Shown here one piece after another: positions 10,601 through 21,165 of a DNA stretch of 64,000 nucleotides. This stretch comes from Planctomycetota bacterium (GTDB lineage Bacteria > Planctomycetota > Planctomycetia > JALXBF01), in NCBI GenBank assembly GCA_026991575.1, contig JALXBF010000016.1:1-64000 (forward strand). The letters are read 5' to 3'. Position numbers and translations under genes: made by a program. Under the pieces are notes generated by a model. That model made no database searches. It was not told where the DNA came from and worked only from the letters and a program-made list of their open reading frames with translations. Every line of letters begins with the position of its first letter. The first letter of the stretch is position 1.

Positions 10601-10758
10601 GCCGGCTCAGGCCGGTGTTGGTGGGACGGGTGGAGGCGATAGCGGTGAGCGAGGCAGGGGACCTGTTGGTTATGGGAGGGCCTCGCGAACCGGCGCGGCG
10701 CGGACCTGGGCTGGCCGAGTGCTGGCGGCTTACGGAGCTGTTGCCCGCGGGCCACTAG
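7654..10758 (+). CDS. Ser/Thr protein kinase with TM segment and degenerate WD40-like propeller
   Basis: LGEGTGGTVY, VALK, HRDIKPSN, DFG, GTPRYMSPE, SDLYSL; hydrophobic helix, then WD-like repeats (HRSAVTAC..LWNL). Confidence 0.9.
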   Translation: MSGQQHRAANQQDPSTHEEQVGLLLAAFLEARERDPELRPEQFLDTVPEKLREAVRAAIESVLWLEAVEPHGRQRPEEPSAGKQFGHYRLIQRLGEGTGGTVYLAEHTLLKRRVALKLLAEPWTADPGRRERFEREARAIARLHHTNIAPLFEYGRCQGRLFFAMQYIEGWTLAELICYAREGDQWKELPEPIKQLVREARRRGGFRPQQVAEWGAQAAAALAHAHGQGVIHRDIKPSNLVLDRQGRLWVVDFGLALLPDDAGLTLPGVPVGTPRYMSPEVARGGPATERSDLYSLAAVLYELLTLRPVLPGEEVAEVLEAARQFEGVRFERRELSRIGRDLAAVVQAALEPDPRHRLATAEVLAEELRRVLAGEPVRLRRWATLRTAARWARRHAAVTAVAGVLGTIAIGLAVWRHVDVAAARRQAETNARRAESALRQARAELVRSHIADARAWVRSRVNGRRAHALRSLQEARRYLDAVDGSVAADWWDAWLAAQGCPDLTYQPLAHRAVSHPLESLLGGSTRGAQPEPWTSLEVVVPQQRGQQLVVGTTRSGLLFRLLEGRPEVIVELPGEQSTLCGSAYPWVVAAGEDGAWAVDLTSGAVQQICDGPTLAAAVASAASRIAVATRGTVAIYELAGTAWEEAARLALPSGPAVALAWDWAGKLLAVVTDRPPELTVYTVPAGRAIWRIDLAEGERSAVLRSATLAFLPTGQVALGLADGSVRVVSPQTGLGDLLRSHRSAVTACVAVDDGVRLMTADRAEVTLWNLVRGEPLCPSLRLPTAVERVTALSAGEWLVGSAEGWYRVRFRPSGRLYRALPVLARRVVAGTFCASSIVLAGADGELLVVGPRGEQRRYRLPGSPQRLQRQSADLVVCYLADGRRVVLDVAGGRLKVPRVDTSAVGGAASGGTAPSAAQQAVTRWPGPVAGDGADRDTGELLSVVRWHGESDVLTVALVAGRDGGRDVLLWRSDRQGKLVRLLGRLRPVLVGRVEAIAVSEAGDLLVMGGPREPARRGPGLAECWRLTELLPAGH

Positions 10759-10781
10759 CTGGCGCGTGGCATCCGCGCAGC

Positions 10782-10814
10782 AAAAGGGCGGGAAACCGGT
10801 ATGGTTTCCCGCCC
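10782..10814 (-). terminator. Rho-independent terminator for the minus-strand sigma gene
   Basis: GGGCGGGAAACC-loop-GGTTTCCCGCCC 12-bp stem, with TTTT following on the minus strand, between convergent genes. Confidence 0.7.
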
Positions 10815-10828
10815 GTCGGCTTCGAAGG

Positions 10829-12499
10829 TTACTGGACCGGTTCCAGACCGTGCTCGGCCGCGTACGTCTGCAGCTTCCGAAGCGCCCGGCTCTCCAGTTG
10901 ACGCACACGCTCCTTGGTCACGCCCAGCTCGCGGCCAACCTGCTCCAGCGTCCGTGGCGTGCCTTCCTGGCCGAGCCCGAACCGGGCGATGATCACACGC
11001 TGCTCCCGTTCGTCCAGCCGGTCGAGGATCTCGTACAGCAGCTTCTTGATCTCGCGCATCGAGGTTTCTTCGTGGTACGGATCCGCGCGTCGGTCGGCGG
11101 CCGTCTCGAAGATCTCGTCGTAACCGGTGACGAACCGGTCCTGGCGCACAGCCTCCTCGGGGATGGATCGGGCATAGTTCTTCATGATGGCCCAGGAGGC
11201 ATAGGTGCTGAACTTGAACCCGCGGCTGTAGTCGAACTTCTCCACGGCGCGGATCAGCGACATATTCCCGTCGCTGACCAGCTCGAACAGGTTCGTCTGC
11301 GGGCTCACCCGCCGCTTGGCGATGGAGACCACCAGTCGCAGGTTGGACCGGATGATGCGGTTCTTGACGTCCAGTGCCTCCTGCAGCAGCCGCTCCATCT
11401 CGTCCATATCGCTGACGCGCGGCCGCTGGATGTCGAGCCGCTCCTGGATCTTCTTGGCCTTGTGCTTCAAATAGTTCATCTTGCGGAACAGGTACACCTC
11501 CTGTTCCTTGGTCAGCAGCGGGACCTCGTAGAGGGAGGTCAGGTACGGCGGCAAGCCCTTCGGAGGCCGGGTCCGCTTAGGCTGCTTCTCCGGCACCGGT
11601 TCCGGGCCGAGGATCTTCTTGTCGGCCCCCGGCTTGTCGAACTCCTCGTTGTACATGTACTCGATGGTCATTTCCTTGAGCCGCTTGCACCGCACCTGCT
11701 GGATGGCCCGCTGGATGGTGGACGGGGCCTTCTGGTAGCGGCGCGCCAGAGCGGCGATGGGGGCGCCACGCCGATAGGCCTGGTAGATCTGTTCCTTATC
11801 CTCCCATGTCAGCCGCGCACTTCGCTCGCTGAAGACTGCCCGGTCGGGGTGCTGCTGGTCGTACCGCTCCAGTTCCCGACGGACGGTCTCCACCGCGCGG
11901 CCCATCTTCTCGGCCACGGCCCGCACTACCTCGGTGGGCTTGCTTCCCTTGCGCTGCTTCTTGATCTCCTTGGCCAGTCGAACCATCGCCTCTCTCTCTT
12001 GGTCGCTGAGGTTTGAGAACTCCCGAGCCCGTGCTACGACGTCTGCGTGATTCTTGAGGAACCGTTGGACGGTTCGTTCCGGGAACGCCAGCACCCTGCG
12101 GCCCTCAGCCGTGTAGTACCGCCGTCCCACCAGGCCTCGGGCTCGCCACCGTCTTAGAGTGCGCGTGCTAACACCCAGTTCCCTGGACAGTTCCGAGACC
12201 CGGTACAGCTTCTCGCCGGCATCGGCCAGGCTCAGCTTCAGCGTGCCGCTGAGCTCTTCGATCAATCGGGCCAGGTCATCGGCTAAGGCGATCCCTGGCA
12301 GCGGCACGCCCCGATCCTCACTGGGATAGAGCCCGGTCAGCCGGAAACTGACATACGCATAGGGGTATACGGTGTTCGGATCCAGTTCTGCCTGAAAGCG
12401 CTCCGCACGCTCCATGTACTGCAGGCGCAGCCTGCGAGGAGCAATGCGCAGCTGATCGGCAAGGCGGCGAATCGGGGCAAGCTGGTACTTAAGCGGCAT
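10829..12499 (-). CDS. sigma-70 family sigma factor with long N-terminal HTH-containing extension
   Basis: C-terminal sigma2 (SNLRLVVSIAK, KFDYSRGFKFSTYASWAI) and sigma4 (RTLEQVGRELGVTKERVRQLE); N-terminal MerR-like HTH (ELSRELGVSTRTLRRW). Confidence 0.9.
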   Translation of the reverse strand: MPLKYQLAPIRRLADQLRIAPRRLRLQYMERAERFQAELDPNTVYPYAYVSFRLTGLYPSEDRGVPLPGIALADDLARLIEELSGTLKLSLADAGEKLYRVSELSRELGVSTRTLRRWRARGLVGRRYYTAEGRRVLAFPERTVQRFLKNHADVVARAREFSNLSDQEREAMVRLAKEIKKQRKGSKPTEVVRAVAEKMGRAVETVRRELERYDQQHPDRAVFSERSARLTWEDKEQIYQAYRRGAPIAALARRYQKAPSTIQRAIQQVRCKRLKEMTIEYMYNEEFDKPGADKKILGPEPVPEKQPKRTRPPKGLPPYLTSLYEVPLLTKEQEVYLFRKMNYLKHKAKKIQERLDIQRPRVSDMDEMERLLQEALDVKNRIIRSNLRLVVSIAKRRVSPQTNLFELVSDGNMSLIRAVEKFDYSRGFKFSTYASWAIMKNYARSIPEEAVRQDRFVTGYDEIFETAADRRADPYHEETSMREIKKLLYEILDRLDEREQRVIIARFGLGQEGTPRTLEQVGRELGVTKERVRQLESRALRKLQTYAAEHGLEPVQ

Positions 12500-13331
12500 G
12501 GCAAAGTCCCCAGCGGTTAGCGCCGCGGCAGCAGCCGCGGCTTTTCAACACCCCGGCGCCGCTTCCCCGTTGGCCGGTTCAGGTGCACATCGCGTGCCAC
12601 AATCCTCCCCGGCAACGGATTATGCGGCTCAGTGCAGAGGAAGCGGCAAACCAGGGCCTTTTCGGCCGTTCTCGGCGTCACCGCCGGGTTATGCTTCAGT
12701 AAGACGCCACCGGTCCTGCCGCGTGACACACTGCCAGCTTGGCACGTTCGCACGGCCAAGCGCGCCTCAGTCGCGTCACAACTGTCTCTGTGCGCGACGA
12801 GGACCGTGCAGCGCGGAAGGAACCTGGCCCGACTTCGCTCCCGTGCCCCGACCGCTACCGGGGACTCGCCCCACAGGAACATTCGTTCGGCGGGAAATCC
12901 TCCGTACGCGGATATCCTACCCGATGAACGATCGCTTGCCAAGCAGCTATCGCGCAGCCTGCGGCTATTCCTTCCACAGTACGCACACGTACGTCAGCGG
13001 TTCGCTATTTTTACCACGACCACCAGCGGATGCAACCCCAATTCTTGCCAGCGACCCCTCAAAGCCCGCAGCCGCGGCAAGCGATACCAGGCGAACCCGG
13101 CACCGGCCCCGATCCGAGGCCGATTCCGCATCGCTTGACCCGGTTGACGATACGTTCCAAGCGCTGGTACACTGGTGGCGCAACGGCAGCAGGGTCTAGC
13201 GACCGCGCTGTCCGGGCCTGCCGGGCGAGTGGGCCAGCTGAGCAGGCCGCCAGAATTGAGAACATACGAGAGTGTTATGGGTGGAGGTTATCCACGGTCC
13301 GTATCGGAGCTCGGTTTGGGAGGTGCGTCTC

Positions 13332-14414
13332 ATGATGCGCTTTCGTCGTCAGGGATTTACCCTCATTGAGTTACTGGTTGTCATCGCCATCATCGCAGTG
13401 CTGATCGCGTTGTTGCTGCCGGCGGTGCAGATGGCGCGTGAGGCAGCACGGCGTGCCCAGTGCGCCAACAACCTCAAGCAGATTGGCCTGGCAATGCACA
13501 ATTACCACCAAGCCCACGGCTACTTCCCGCCGGAAGGCACGCGTGCCTACCGAGGCTGGAACCGCATCGTGGGGGTGGGCGGCGAGCAGCTCTGGAGCTT
13601 CAAGGTGTTCCTGCTGCCCTACCTCGATCGCGCCGATGTCTACAACGCCGCTAACCTCGACTTGCGCGCCTTCGGCGAGCCGTTAGGCAACTGGGGCAAC
13701 GACCCCAATGCCACGCTGCGACGCACGCGGATTGAGACCTACCTCTGCCCGTCCGATCCGCACTTCGACCACCGCAACCCCTATGCAACCGCTCAGAACT
13801 ACGCGCCCAACAACGGCACGGAACGCTACTTCAACAACTGGCGGACCAACGGTATCGCGTACCGCCCCGGGTGGGACTGGGCGTTCAACAAGCCGATTGG
13901 CATTCGTGACATCGTGGACGGTACCGCCTTCACGGCTGCGTTCTCTGAGTGGATCCGCGGTGGCATGCAGGGCCAGATGACGGCCGACCGGGGTGACGAG
14001 CTGGCCGTCGTCTGGGAGGGCCCGATCTGGTGGGCCGGCGGTTATGGCCGAAACGCCCAGCGTGAGGGCGACAAGTGGATGGAGCGTGAATGCGACCAGT
14101 CGACCCACTACTTCTGGGACTTCAAAGGGGAACTGTGGTGGCTGAGCATGATGGGCCGCGGAACCGGAATCGGCTTCTCCAAGCGACCGAATCACAAGAG
14201 CTGCATCGGTGTTGCCGGTGGTCAGCCGGTTATCCCGTGGGGTATTGCGGAGTTCAACGTCGCGCCGTCTAGCCTGCACCCGGGTGGCGTGAACGTGCTG
14301 TTCTGCGATGGTCGTGTCCGGTTCATCAGCGAGGACATCGACCAGCAGATCTGGTTCGCCATCGGGACACGCGATGGCCGCGAGCCGATCAGCGAAACCG
14401 ACCTCACTTTCTAA
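13332..14414 (+). CDS. DUF1559 family prepilin-type N-terminal cleavage/methylation protein (H-X9-DG C-terminus)
   Basis: [78 protein letters not shown]. Confidence 0.93.
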   Translation: MMRFRRQGFTLIELLVVIAIIAVLIALLLPAVQMAREAARRAQCANNLKQIGLAMHNYHQAHGYFPPEGTRAYRGWNRIVGVGGEQLWSFKVFLLPYLDRADVYNAANLDLRAFGEPLGNWGNDPNATLRRTRIETYLCPSDPHFDHRNPYATAQNYAPNNGTERYFNNWRTNGIAYRPGWDWAFNKPIGIRDIVDGTAFTAAFSEWIRGGMQGQMTADRGDELAVVWEGPIWWAGGYGRNAQREGDKWMERECDQSTHYFWDFKGELWWLSMMGRGTGIGFSKRPNHKSCIGVAGGQPVIPWGIAEFNVAPSSLHPGGVNVLFCDGRVRFISEDIDQQIWFAIGTRDGREPISETDLTF

Positions 14415-14433
14415 CCACTGTGCCAGCACCGAC

Positions 14434-14465
14434 GCTGTCCGCCGGCGAACTCGCCGGCGGACAGC
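14434..14465. terminator. perfect GC-rich inverted repeat (terminator or mRNA stabiliser)
   Basis: GCTGTCCGCCGGCGA-AC-TCGCCGGCGGACAGC between the DUF1559 gene and the lipoprotein gene; weak U tract. Confidence 0.5.
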
Positions 14466-14508
14466 TCTCTGTTGCCCTCGCGGGTATCAACGGTGTGGGA
14501 GTCCATCT

Positions 14509-14751
14509 ATGAAACGCCTAGCCCCATACTCACTGCTCGCCAGCTTCGCCCTGCTCAGCCCCGTTGCGCTGACCGGCTGCGGTCAGAACCTTCCCGAACC
14601 GGCTGGCCCCGAGATGAGCGTAGATGAGGCGATGGAGAAATCGATGCCCCAGTTCAAGCAGTTCATGAGCGGGGACGAGCCACAGGATGCCGCTCAGATG
14701 TTCACCCCGGGCGGTGGCGCCGAACAGTATCCGGGCGCGGGCAAGAAGTAG
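14509..14751 (+). CDS. small lipoprotein accompanying the DUF1559 gene
   Basis: MKRLAPYSLLASFALLSPVALTGC lipobox; GGGAG RBS upstream of ATG 14509. Confidence 0.7.
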   Translation: MKRLAPYSLLASFALLSPVALTGCGQNLPEPAGPEMSVDEAMEKSMPQFKQFMSGDEPQDAAQMFTPGGGAEQYPGAGKK

Positions 14752-15653
14752 GCCGCCGGCCGCGACCGGTAGCCATCGATCGCTGCCCGGTGCTGCTGGA
14801 TCGGTGCCGTTCGCACGTGTGGTGCACGGCTTAGTAGTCGTTCCAACCAGCGGTGCCAGCCATGCTCGCTTGACGCATCGTCGTCGGCTGCAGGGGGGTA
14901 GTCCGCCGGGCAACGGGTACGAACTGCATACGCATCGACGCAAATCGGTCTAGTTCCCCAAGCCAGTCCAATTGCTCGCTAGTGTTACGCGCTGTTGAGC
15001 GGCAAGCGGTCGACACTGCTGCCTCTATGCCCGGGCACCGTGTGGCGTGGTGTGGACTGCTCCTTTTCAGATCCGGTTGTTAAGTGGGGGCTGGCGGAGG
15101 GGGGCTGGTGCCTGCCGAGGTAGCCTCAAAGCAACCGGCTGTGGCACGCGCAGCCGAGGGGGGGCAGACGTTGAGAGGCTCGCTGGGTAACGGGGAGGGG
15201 CTTGTCAGGGCTGCGTCGATGGCGGGGGGCCGCGGCACAGCGCCGAGCTGATCGCTGGTCTGACCTGTTGCGACGGCGACAGGTTTGCGGACTGTGGCCG
15301 CAGACGGCTGGCTAGCGTACCGACGCAGGGTGGCGGCAGGTCCGGAGTGTCCGGATGATGCGTGAGTCTGATCGTTGCGGTTCGGTACTGGTCGGTTGGG
15401 TCGAGCGGCCGGCACGGTACGCGTGTGCGTTATACATGCCCGGTGGTCTTTTCCACCGAATGCGCCGCAGGCGGGATCGCCCCGGGGGGACACACGGATT
15501 GCCTGGCCGGCACGACCGCGCAGGCGGTCTGGCGCACGGACTGAGCTGGCCCCCCAAGCCAGCTTCGCTTGACAGAGGCCGGTCGCTGCGGTACCGGTGA
15601 GGGCCGTGGGGTAGGACCGCGCGCAGGAAGGCTAGGAGCGTAAGGAGAGCGAG

Positions 15654-17027
15654 ATGACGCACCGCTGCAGTTGGCGCGGAGTGATACTGGCGGTCGGCTC
15701 CTTGCTTGTGATTCAGGCGGCGGCGGCGGAGCCGCCGGTGACGCTGGCGGAGCGGACGCCACGTGTCGGACAGGTGGTTCTCAACACGCTGACCGCCGTA
15801 CAGCAAGGGCGGCTGGTGTTGCCGGCTGAAGGGGACAAAGACAAGAAGGTTACCATTCGGGCGGAAGCAAGGCTGATTTTTGAGCAGTATCCGATCCAGG
15901 CCGGTCAGCGCGAAGCGCGGTACCTGAAGGATGCTGTGGTGGGCGTGCTGGTAGAGGGGCGGAAGACGCTGCGCACGATGCGCCGCTCCGTTCGCCTTAT
16001 CGCAACGTCGGTGCGTGACAAGCAGCTCTTCTTTTACTCGCCGCGTGGCCCGTTGACCTACGAGGAGCTCCAGACGCTGCACTATCCGTTCGACCCGCTG
16101 GTCCTAAGCCGGCTGGTCGATGCGGCGAAAGGGGGGGTGGTGGTCGGCAAACAGTGGCGGCTATCGGACGAGCTGGTAGGACTGCTGGTGCGGTTCGATG
16201 CGGTAGAGCGTCAGGATATCCGGGTGGTGTGTGATTCGGTGACCGAGGGACTCGTTCGGTTGCGAGTGGCCGGGACGGCGGTGGGGACGTTTGCGATCGC
16301 GCCAGCGCGGGTGACGTTGGATGCTTCACTGGAGTTTGACCGTAAGGAGCAGCTATTCAAGCGGGTGGAGGCTGAGTTGGCGGTGGTGAAGTCGCCGGGC
16401 CCGGTGGAGCCTGGGTTTGAGGGCACGGTTCGGGTAACGCTGCAGCGGCAGTGGGCGGAGGCGGAGATGCTCACGGCCGAACTGATCCGGTCCCTCCCTG
16501 CTGGAGCGGCTCCCGGTCTGGACTACCTTGTGTTCGAGCATCCTGAGGGCAAGTTTCGCGTGTACTATCCGAGGCGGTGGCGGATCCATTTTGCGGATCG
16601 GAAGTCGTTGGTGCTGAAGTGGGTGGACGACCGCGGACTGGTGGCTCAGTGCAACCTGGTTCTTGGGCACAAGGCCAGCCCTGGAACGCATCTAAAGCCT
16701 GAGGAGATCCGTGAGCAGGTGATCAAGGCAGTCGCAAAGCACAAGGCGCAGTTGTTGGAGGAGCGCGAGTTGCCGGGCCAGGAAGCCCTGTGGATCTATC
16801 GCATGGCGCTGGCCGGGGTCGTTGGCAAGGAAGCGGTCGTGTGGCATTACTACACGTTGGCGGACCGTTCGGGCCAGCACCTGCTGGTGGTCTTCTCGGT
16901 GCCGGCCAGTCGCAGCAGTCAGTTTGGCGGGTCGGACCTGGAGATTGTGCAATCGATTCAGATGCCGGCGCGCAAGGAGCCTGGGGCCGGCGGCGGTGGC
17001 GCGCGCGTGTCGCGGCGGGAGCGGTGA
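15654..17027 (+). CDS. secreted hypothetical protein
   Basis: 457-aa ORF with signal peptide (..LLVIQAAAA|EPP) and AAGGAG RBS. Confidence 0.75.
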   Translation: MTHRCSWRGVILAVGSLLVIQAAAAEPPVTLAERTPRVGQVVLNTLTAVQQGRLVLPAEGDKDKKVTIRAEARLIFEQYPIQAGQREARYLKDAVVGVLVEGRKTLRTMRRSVRLIATSVRDKQLFFYSPRGPLTYEELQTLHYPFDPLVLSRLVDAAKGGVVVGKQWRLSDELVGLLVRFDAVERQDIRVVCDSVTEGLVRLRVAGTAVGTFAIAPARVTLDASLEFDRKEQLFKRVEAELAVVKSPGPVEPGFEGTVRVTLQRQWAEAEMLTAELIRSLPAGAAPGLDYLVFEHPEGKFRVYYPRRWRIHFADRKSLVLKWVDDRGLVAQCNLVLGHKASPGTHLKPEEIREQVIKAVAKHKAQLLEERELPGQEALWIYRMALAGVVGKEAVVWHYYTLADRSGQHLLVVFSVPASRSSQFGGSDLEIVQSIQMPARKEPGAGGGGARVSRRER

Positions 17028-17038
17028 GCTGGGCTTGC

Positions 17039-17067
17039 TTGAGATTTCCGCGGTGGGGCGCGATAAT
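17039..17067 (+). promoter_or_regulatory. putative sigma70 promoter for the tRNA cluster
   Basis: TTGAGA-17 nt-GATAAT, about 40 nt upstream of tRNA-Thr. Confidence 0.45.
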
Positions 17068-17109
17068 TCCGGGGGATGGATTGCCTGCTGTTGACGGCCG
17101 GCTAGAATT

Positions 17110-17182
17110 GCTAGCGTAGCTCAATCGGTAGAGCGCCGGTTTTGTAAACCGGGGGTTGTGGGTTCGAGTCCCACCGCTAGCT
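17110..17182 (+). tRNA. tRNA-Thr(TGT)
   Basis: GCTAGCG/CGCTAGC acceptor stem, anticodon loop TTTGTAA, GTTCGAGTC T-arm. Confidence 0.95.
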
Positions 17183-17191
17183 TCGTCGTGC

Positions 17192-17274
17192 GGGCCGGTG
17201 GCCGAGCGGCCAAAGGCGCCAGACTGTAAATCTGGTGGCGGACGCCTACGCAGGTTCGAATCCTGCCCGGCCCA
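17192..17274 (+). tRNA. tRNA-Tyr(GTA)
   Basis: GGGCCGG/CCGGCCC acceptor, CTGTAAA loop, long variable arm, GTTCGAATC. Confidence 0.95.
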
Positions 17275-17303
17275 CTTGCCTACTCGGGCATCTGCACCGC
17301 TAG

Positions 17304-17377
17304 GCGGGCGTAGCTCAATGGTAGAGCACCGGCCTTCCAAGCCGGGAATGCGGGTTCGATTCCCGTCGCCCGCTCCA
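17304..17377 (+). tRNA. tRNA-Gly(TCC)
   Basis: GCGGGCG/CGCCCGC acceptor, CTTCCAA loop, encoded CCA end. Confidence 0.95.
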
Positions 17378-17405
17378 TTGCCTCTGGCACGCCGCCGTCT
17401 AGAAT
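17378..17405 (+). promoter_or_regulatory. putative promoter for tRNA-Thr(GGT)-tuf
   Basis: TTGCCT-16 nt-TAGAAT. Confidence 0.4.
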
Positions 17406-17452
17406 GACGGCGCCTGGTTTTTTGGCTGGCCGGTTCGCTGGTCGGCCAGGGG

Positions 17453-17525
<73 letters not shown>

Positions 17526-17650
17526 CTGCCTGTGCTGCGTAGCTCTGTTGCCGGGCAATTCCGTGTCAGATGTGGGTGTGGTGTGGACGGTAGGCGATGG
17601 TGTTTGCGGTCTTGATAGTTTTGTGACGTTACGACGGGAGAGGAGCGGAG

Positions 17651-18868
<1,218 letters not shown>

Positions 18869-18889
18869 TCGCGACCCGGCGGAGGAGCG

Positions 18890-19057
18890 ATGCGCAAGTG
18901 GGTCTGGCTCGAGTGCACGGAGTGTAAAGAGCTGAACTACCGCACGTCGGTCCCGGTCAAACCGGGTGGCGGCGGCCAGCAGTCTCGGCTCGAACTGCGC
19001 AAGTACTGTCCCAGGCAGCGCAAGCACACCGTGCATCGGGAGTCTCGCAAGAAGTAG
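18890..19057 (+). CDS. rpmG: 50S ribosomal protein L33 (not in ORF track)
   Basis: Hand translation MRKWVWLECTECKELNYRT...LELRKYCPRQRKHTVHRESRKK; GGAGG RBS; canonical position. Confidence 0.93.
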   Translation: MRKWVWLECTECKELNYRTSVPVKPGGGGQQSRLELRKYCPRQRKHTVHRESRKK

Positions 19058-19171
19058 CCGTCGGGCTTGTTCCGAAAGCGTTCGACCGATACGATGAGCG
19101 GGGACCGGCGCGGTCCCTGCTCGTCGGCTGTCGGAACCGCCGCATGCCGGTTCGCGCAACGGCGGTTGTGC

Positions 19172-19244
19172 AGGGGCGTAGCTCAATTGGAAGAGCACCG
19201 GTTTCCAAAACCGGCGGTTGGGGGTTCGACTCCCTCCGCCCCTG
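19172..19244 (+). tRNA. tRNA-Trp(CCA)
   Basis: AGGGGCG/CGCCCCT acceptor, TTCCAAA loop, canonical position before secE. Confidence 0.95.
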
Positions 19245-19385
19245 CCTTCTTGCACCGTGCGACGCACTCGCCTCTTGCCGCCGCCTGCCTCTTACGCAAG
19301 GGTGCCGCTTGGATGGGTGGCCTCGGCGCCGGCGTGCCGGCAAGTGTATCGAGCGGCAAGTCTTTCTGACGCTGCGGGGATTGAC

Positions 19386-19907
19386 ATGGCCACGAAAGCT
19401 GCGGCAGGCGCCTGGCGGAAAGGATCGCTGCTGGAGGCGCTGCTTTCGGTCGAGATCTACAAGCGGACCCAGGGGCTGACGATCCGGGTGCTGACGTTCC
19501 TGGGCATCATGATCTTTGTGGTCTGGGGTGCTCAGGAACTGTACGCCCGGCTCATCACCGCGCCGTATGCCGTCCGCGTTGGTGTGCCCATGGCGCTGGT
19601 GGTGGCCAGTGGCTGGATCGCGTTCCGGCTCGTGAACTACCCGCCCTTTGCCGACTTCCTGATCGACACCGAATGGGAGATGCGCAAGGTCACCTGGCCG
19701 ACCTGGTCGCAGCTGAAGCGGGCCACGGCCGTGGTCATTACCGTCACGCTGTTGATGGCCGGCTTCCTGTACCTGGTTGACCTGGTCTGGATGGGCATCC
19801 TGCGCTTGATCGGGGTGCTGTGGGTTCCCACGCCCGAGGAAGCTGAGCAGGCCGCGGTGCGGCTGCTCGATTGGCTCTATTCCGTCGCCCAGCTCTGGCT
19901 GGGCTGA
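19386..19907 (+). CDS. secE: preprotein translocase subunit SecE (3-TM type)
   Basis: YKRTQG, FLIDTEWEMRKVTWPT motif, three hydrophobic segments. Confidence 0.92.
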   Translation: MATKAAAGAWRKGSLLEALLSVEIYKRTQGLTIRVLTFLGIMIFVVWGAQELYARLITAPYAVRVGVPMALVVASGWIAFRLVNYPPFADFLIDTEWEMRKVTWPTWSQLKRATAVVITVTLLMAGFLYLVDLVWMGILRLIGVLWVPTPEEAEQAAVRLLDWLYSVAQLWLG

Positions 19908-19937
19908 ACGGCGTAACCTGTTGTGCCGGAGCGTGTG

Positions 19938-20579
19938 ATGACTGAGCGGCAGGCTGACGAGCAGAAGCAGGCCGAACGGAGCGAGGCCGTGGCCGCAGGC
20001 ACTGAACAGCAGGGGGGCGGTTCCGGCCAGAAGCCCGAGATGGGCTGGTATGTGGTGAAGGTGGCCGCGTCCAAGCGTGAGGAGCAGGTGCGCGAAAGCA
20101 TCCTGCGTCGGGCGCGGGTCAAGGGACTTGCCGACAAGTTCGGCGAGATTATTATTCCGACGGAAAAGGTGGCCGAGGTCAAGGGGGGGAAGCGACGCGT
20201 CACCGAGCAGAAACTCTACTCCGGCTACATGATCGTCCAGATGGTCCTGGACGACGATACCTGGTACCTCGTGCGCGAAACGCCGGGGGTCAGTGATTTC
20301 GTGGGGGCTCAGCCCGGCAAAAAACCTCTGCCGATGACCGACGCCGAGGTCGAGAAGATGCTGGGGCAGGTGCATGAGGTCACGGCCGAGGAACCCCGTC
20401 TGAAGGTCGACTTCTGCAAGGGCGACCTGGTCAAGATTAAGTCCGGGCCATTCGAGAACGTCCAGGGCGTGGTCGACGAGGTGCTGCCGGACAAGGGGCT
20501 GGTGCGTGTGATGGTGGAAATCTTCGGGCGGCAAACACCAGTGGAAGTGGAGCACTGGTTGCTGGAACGCGTCACCTAG
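19938..20579 (+). CDS. nusG: transcription termination/antitermination factor NusG
   Basis: WYVVKV, KLYSGY, VRETPGV, KOW GDLVKIKSGPF, IFGRQTPVEV. Start 19923 is possible. Confidence 0.96.
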   Translation: MTERQADEQKQAERSEAVAAGTEQQGGGSGQKPEMGWYVVKVAASKREEQVRESILRRARVKGLADKFGEIIIPTEKVAEVKGGKRRVTEQKLYSGYMIVQMVLDDDTWYLVRETPGVSDFVGAQPGKKPLPMTDAEVEKMLGQVHEVTAEEPRLKVDFCKGDLVKIKSGPFENVQGVVDEVLPDKGLVRVMVEIFGRQTPVEVEHWLLERVT

Positions 20580-20673
20580 GCGGTGTGCCCCTTTTCGCCA
20601 GTCCCCGGCCGCGCAGAAACCTGCCTGAGCGCGACGAATCCCCATTGCTCGACTGCGGAGATCCAGGAACACG

Positions 20674-21102
20674 ATGGCTCGTAAACAGGTTGTCGCAAAA
20701 GTTAAGCTGCAGTGTCCCGGCGGTCAGGCAACGGCCGCACCGCCCATCGGGCCCGCGCTCGGCCAGCACGGCGTGAACATCGGACAATTTGTCCAGCAGT
20801 TCAACGCTCGCACCAAGGACCTCAACGGGATGATCGTCCCCGTTGAGATCACGATCTACTCGGACCGTAGCTTCGAGTTCATCATCAAGAGTCCGCCGGC
20901 GTCGGTCTTGCTGAAGATGGCTGCGGGCTTGGCAAAGGGGTCCGGGACGCCGGGACGGGAGACCGTCGGTAAGGTCACGCGCGAGGACGTGCGCAAGATT
21001 GCTCAAGAGAAACAGAAAGACCTGAACGCCCGTGACCTCGAGCACGCGGTGCGAATGATCGAAGGCACTGCGCGGAGCATGGGCATTGAGGTGGTGGACT
21101 GA
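20674..21102 (+). CDS. rplK: 50S ribosomal protein L11
   Basis: [22 protein letters not shown]. Confidence 0.98.
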   Translation: MARKQVVAKVKLQCPGGQATAAPPIGPALGQHGVNIGQFVQQFNARTKDLNGMIVPVEITIYSDRSFEFIIKSPPASVLLKMAAGLAKGSGTPGRETVGKVTREDVRKIAQEKQKDLNARDLEHAVRMIEGTARSMGIEVVD

Positions 21103-21165
21103 GACAGCAGCCATTCCCCGCTAGACCGCGGCTACAGCCAGCTGCGGGAGGGAGGTCAGAACGCG

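Noticed and set aside
10766..12016. 416-aa plus-strand ORF
   Set aside because: Antisense to the sigma factor gene.
12500..13330. Short ORFs or ncRNA in the long divergent intergenic region
   Set aside because: ORFs are Arg/Pro/Ser-rich without RBS or motifs; no RNA family recognisable by eye.
14752..15653. Genes in the 900-nt gap
   Set aside because: No coherent ORF or recognisable structure; left unannotated.
17081..17108. TTGCCT-16-TAGAAT as the tRNA-Thr promoter
   Set aside because: The -10 ends 1 nt before the tRNA, so transcription would start inside the gene.
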